Assembly: GCA_032718475.1 (NCBI GenBank)
Contig: JAUCBJ010005627.1
Coordinates: 1 to 35,889, forward strand
DNA length: 35,889 bases
Direction: 5' to 3'
Origin: Nemertoderma westbladi
Lineage: Eukaryota > Animalia > Xenacoelomorpha
Shown here: positions 34,982 to 35,889 of the stretch, piece by piece
Layout of the letters: each line of letters opens with the position of its first letter
Numbering within the stretch: the first letter of the stretch is position 1
Made by a program: the position numbers and the translations under genes
The notes under the pieces: generated by a model
Seen by the model: only the letters and a program-made list of their open reading frames with translations
Told to the model about the DNA's origin: nothing
Databases searched by the model: none

Positions 34982-35849
34982 CTGGAAGTCGTCAACCTTC
35001 CTTAGTTGATTACTATTAATGGTTGTCAAGTTTCCATCAACATTAAAGGTCATGAATTCGGTCTTGGTAGCATTTATATGCAATCCAACCTCCTTAGCAG
35101 CCCTCTCCACTTTATTTAGTAGAAGCTGTGCTGTGCATCTTTTATTTAGCGTATTCGAGAGCAGGGCGATGTCATCCGCAAAGTCGGTGTCTGTGACTGT
35201 AGTTGCCGGATATCTACTACTTCTGCGTTCTTGAAGTGTGAATCCCAGATCTTCACCCTTTGTGGCCGTCCTCATTGCGTAATCCAGTACAATTACAAAT
35301 AGTAATGGTGCTAATGTGTCACCTTGCAGTACCCCAGCCAGGTTTGAAAAAAACTCAGTTTAACCATCTGGTGAGAGTACCCGCGCTTCTGTGTCACAAT
35401 ATAACAATCCAATGCCAGCAACAATTACTTCTGGTATTCCATAAGCTCTTAGGATTTCAAGCATTTTGCCTCTATGGATGGAGTCGAATGCCTTCTTGAA
35501 GTCCACAAAAGCCATGACTGCGGGGAGATTCTTCGACTTAATTCCTTCAATCAGTCTCCGTAGTGCAAGTATCTGAGCTATTGTTGATCTACTTGGTCGA
35601 AATCCGTTTTGGCTCTTACGCAGTAGTTTCTCTATGTGAGGCCTAATCCTATATAGAATCATTTTATTGTATATTTTGGCAGCTACCACAAGCAGACAGA
35701 TCCCACGATAGTTTGTTGGTATACCGAGGTCTCCTTTCTTGGGGAGAGGCTTTAGTTGACCTTTAGTCCAAATTGGTGGTGGCTTTTCCCCTTTTAACAT
35801 CCGGTTGCAAACATTCAATAATGGTCTGTTTAGCACTCCTGTTTTCCTA
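34982..35849 (-). mobile_element. RTE-like LINE, RT fragment (stop and frameshift); similarity ends near 35849
   Basis: PLPKKGDL..NYRGICLL, SQNGFRPSRST, FVDFKKAFDSIHR, GVLQG/DTLAPLLF, DFADDIALL, GLHINATKTE. Confidence 0.92.
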
Positions 35850-35889
35850 CCGTAGGGTCTACATGGAGTCCGCCATCAGTTCATCATTT

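Overview
Eukaryotic, probably animal, transposon-dense window with one intact cellular-type gene. That gene (19450-21705, minus) is an intronless 751-aa type I membrane protein: signal peptide, YWTD/LDLR-class-B-like beta-propeller, 11 paired TDxxG repeats, a TM helix and a cytoplasmic tail. Its ectodomain has no cysteines. Most other identifiable sequence is mobile DNA: (i) a deleted Ty3/Gypsy fragment (about 3757-5665, minus); (ii) an internally deleted Bel/Pao LTR element (9177-15814, CCTAG TSD) whose primer-binding position is complementary to its own 5' LTR rather than to a recognisable tRNA end; (iii) three related TA-flanked foldback/MITE elements (16851-19234); (iv) a nested stack in which a minus-strand RTE-like LINE is split into three pieces. 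One split is a 5'-truncated Penelope-like element (RT + GIY-YIG, 9-bp TSD, minimal hammerhead ribozyme). The other is a full-length Gypsy element with CG...CG termini, a 3-bp TSD and a tRNA-Leu PBS. Its 5' LTR carries a 2054-bp TA-TSD DNA transposon, which itself contains a 31-bp (TAG)6-tailed retro-insertion with an 11-bp TSD. Regions 1-3750 and 5670-9170 remain largely unexplained. All family assignments come from motif recognition by eye, not database searches.
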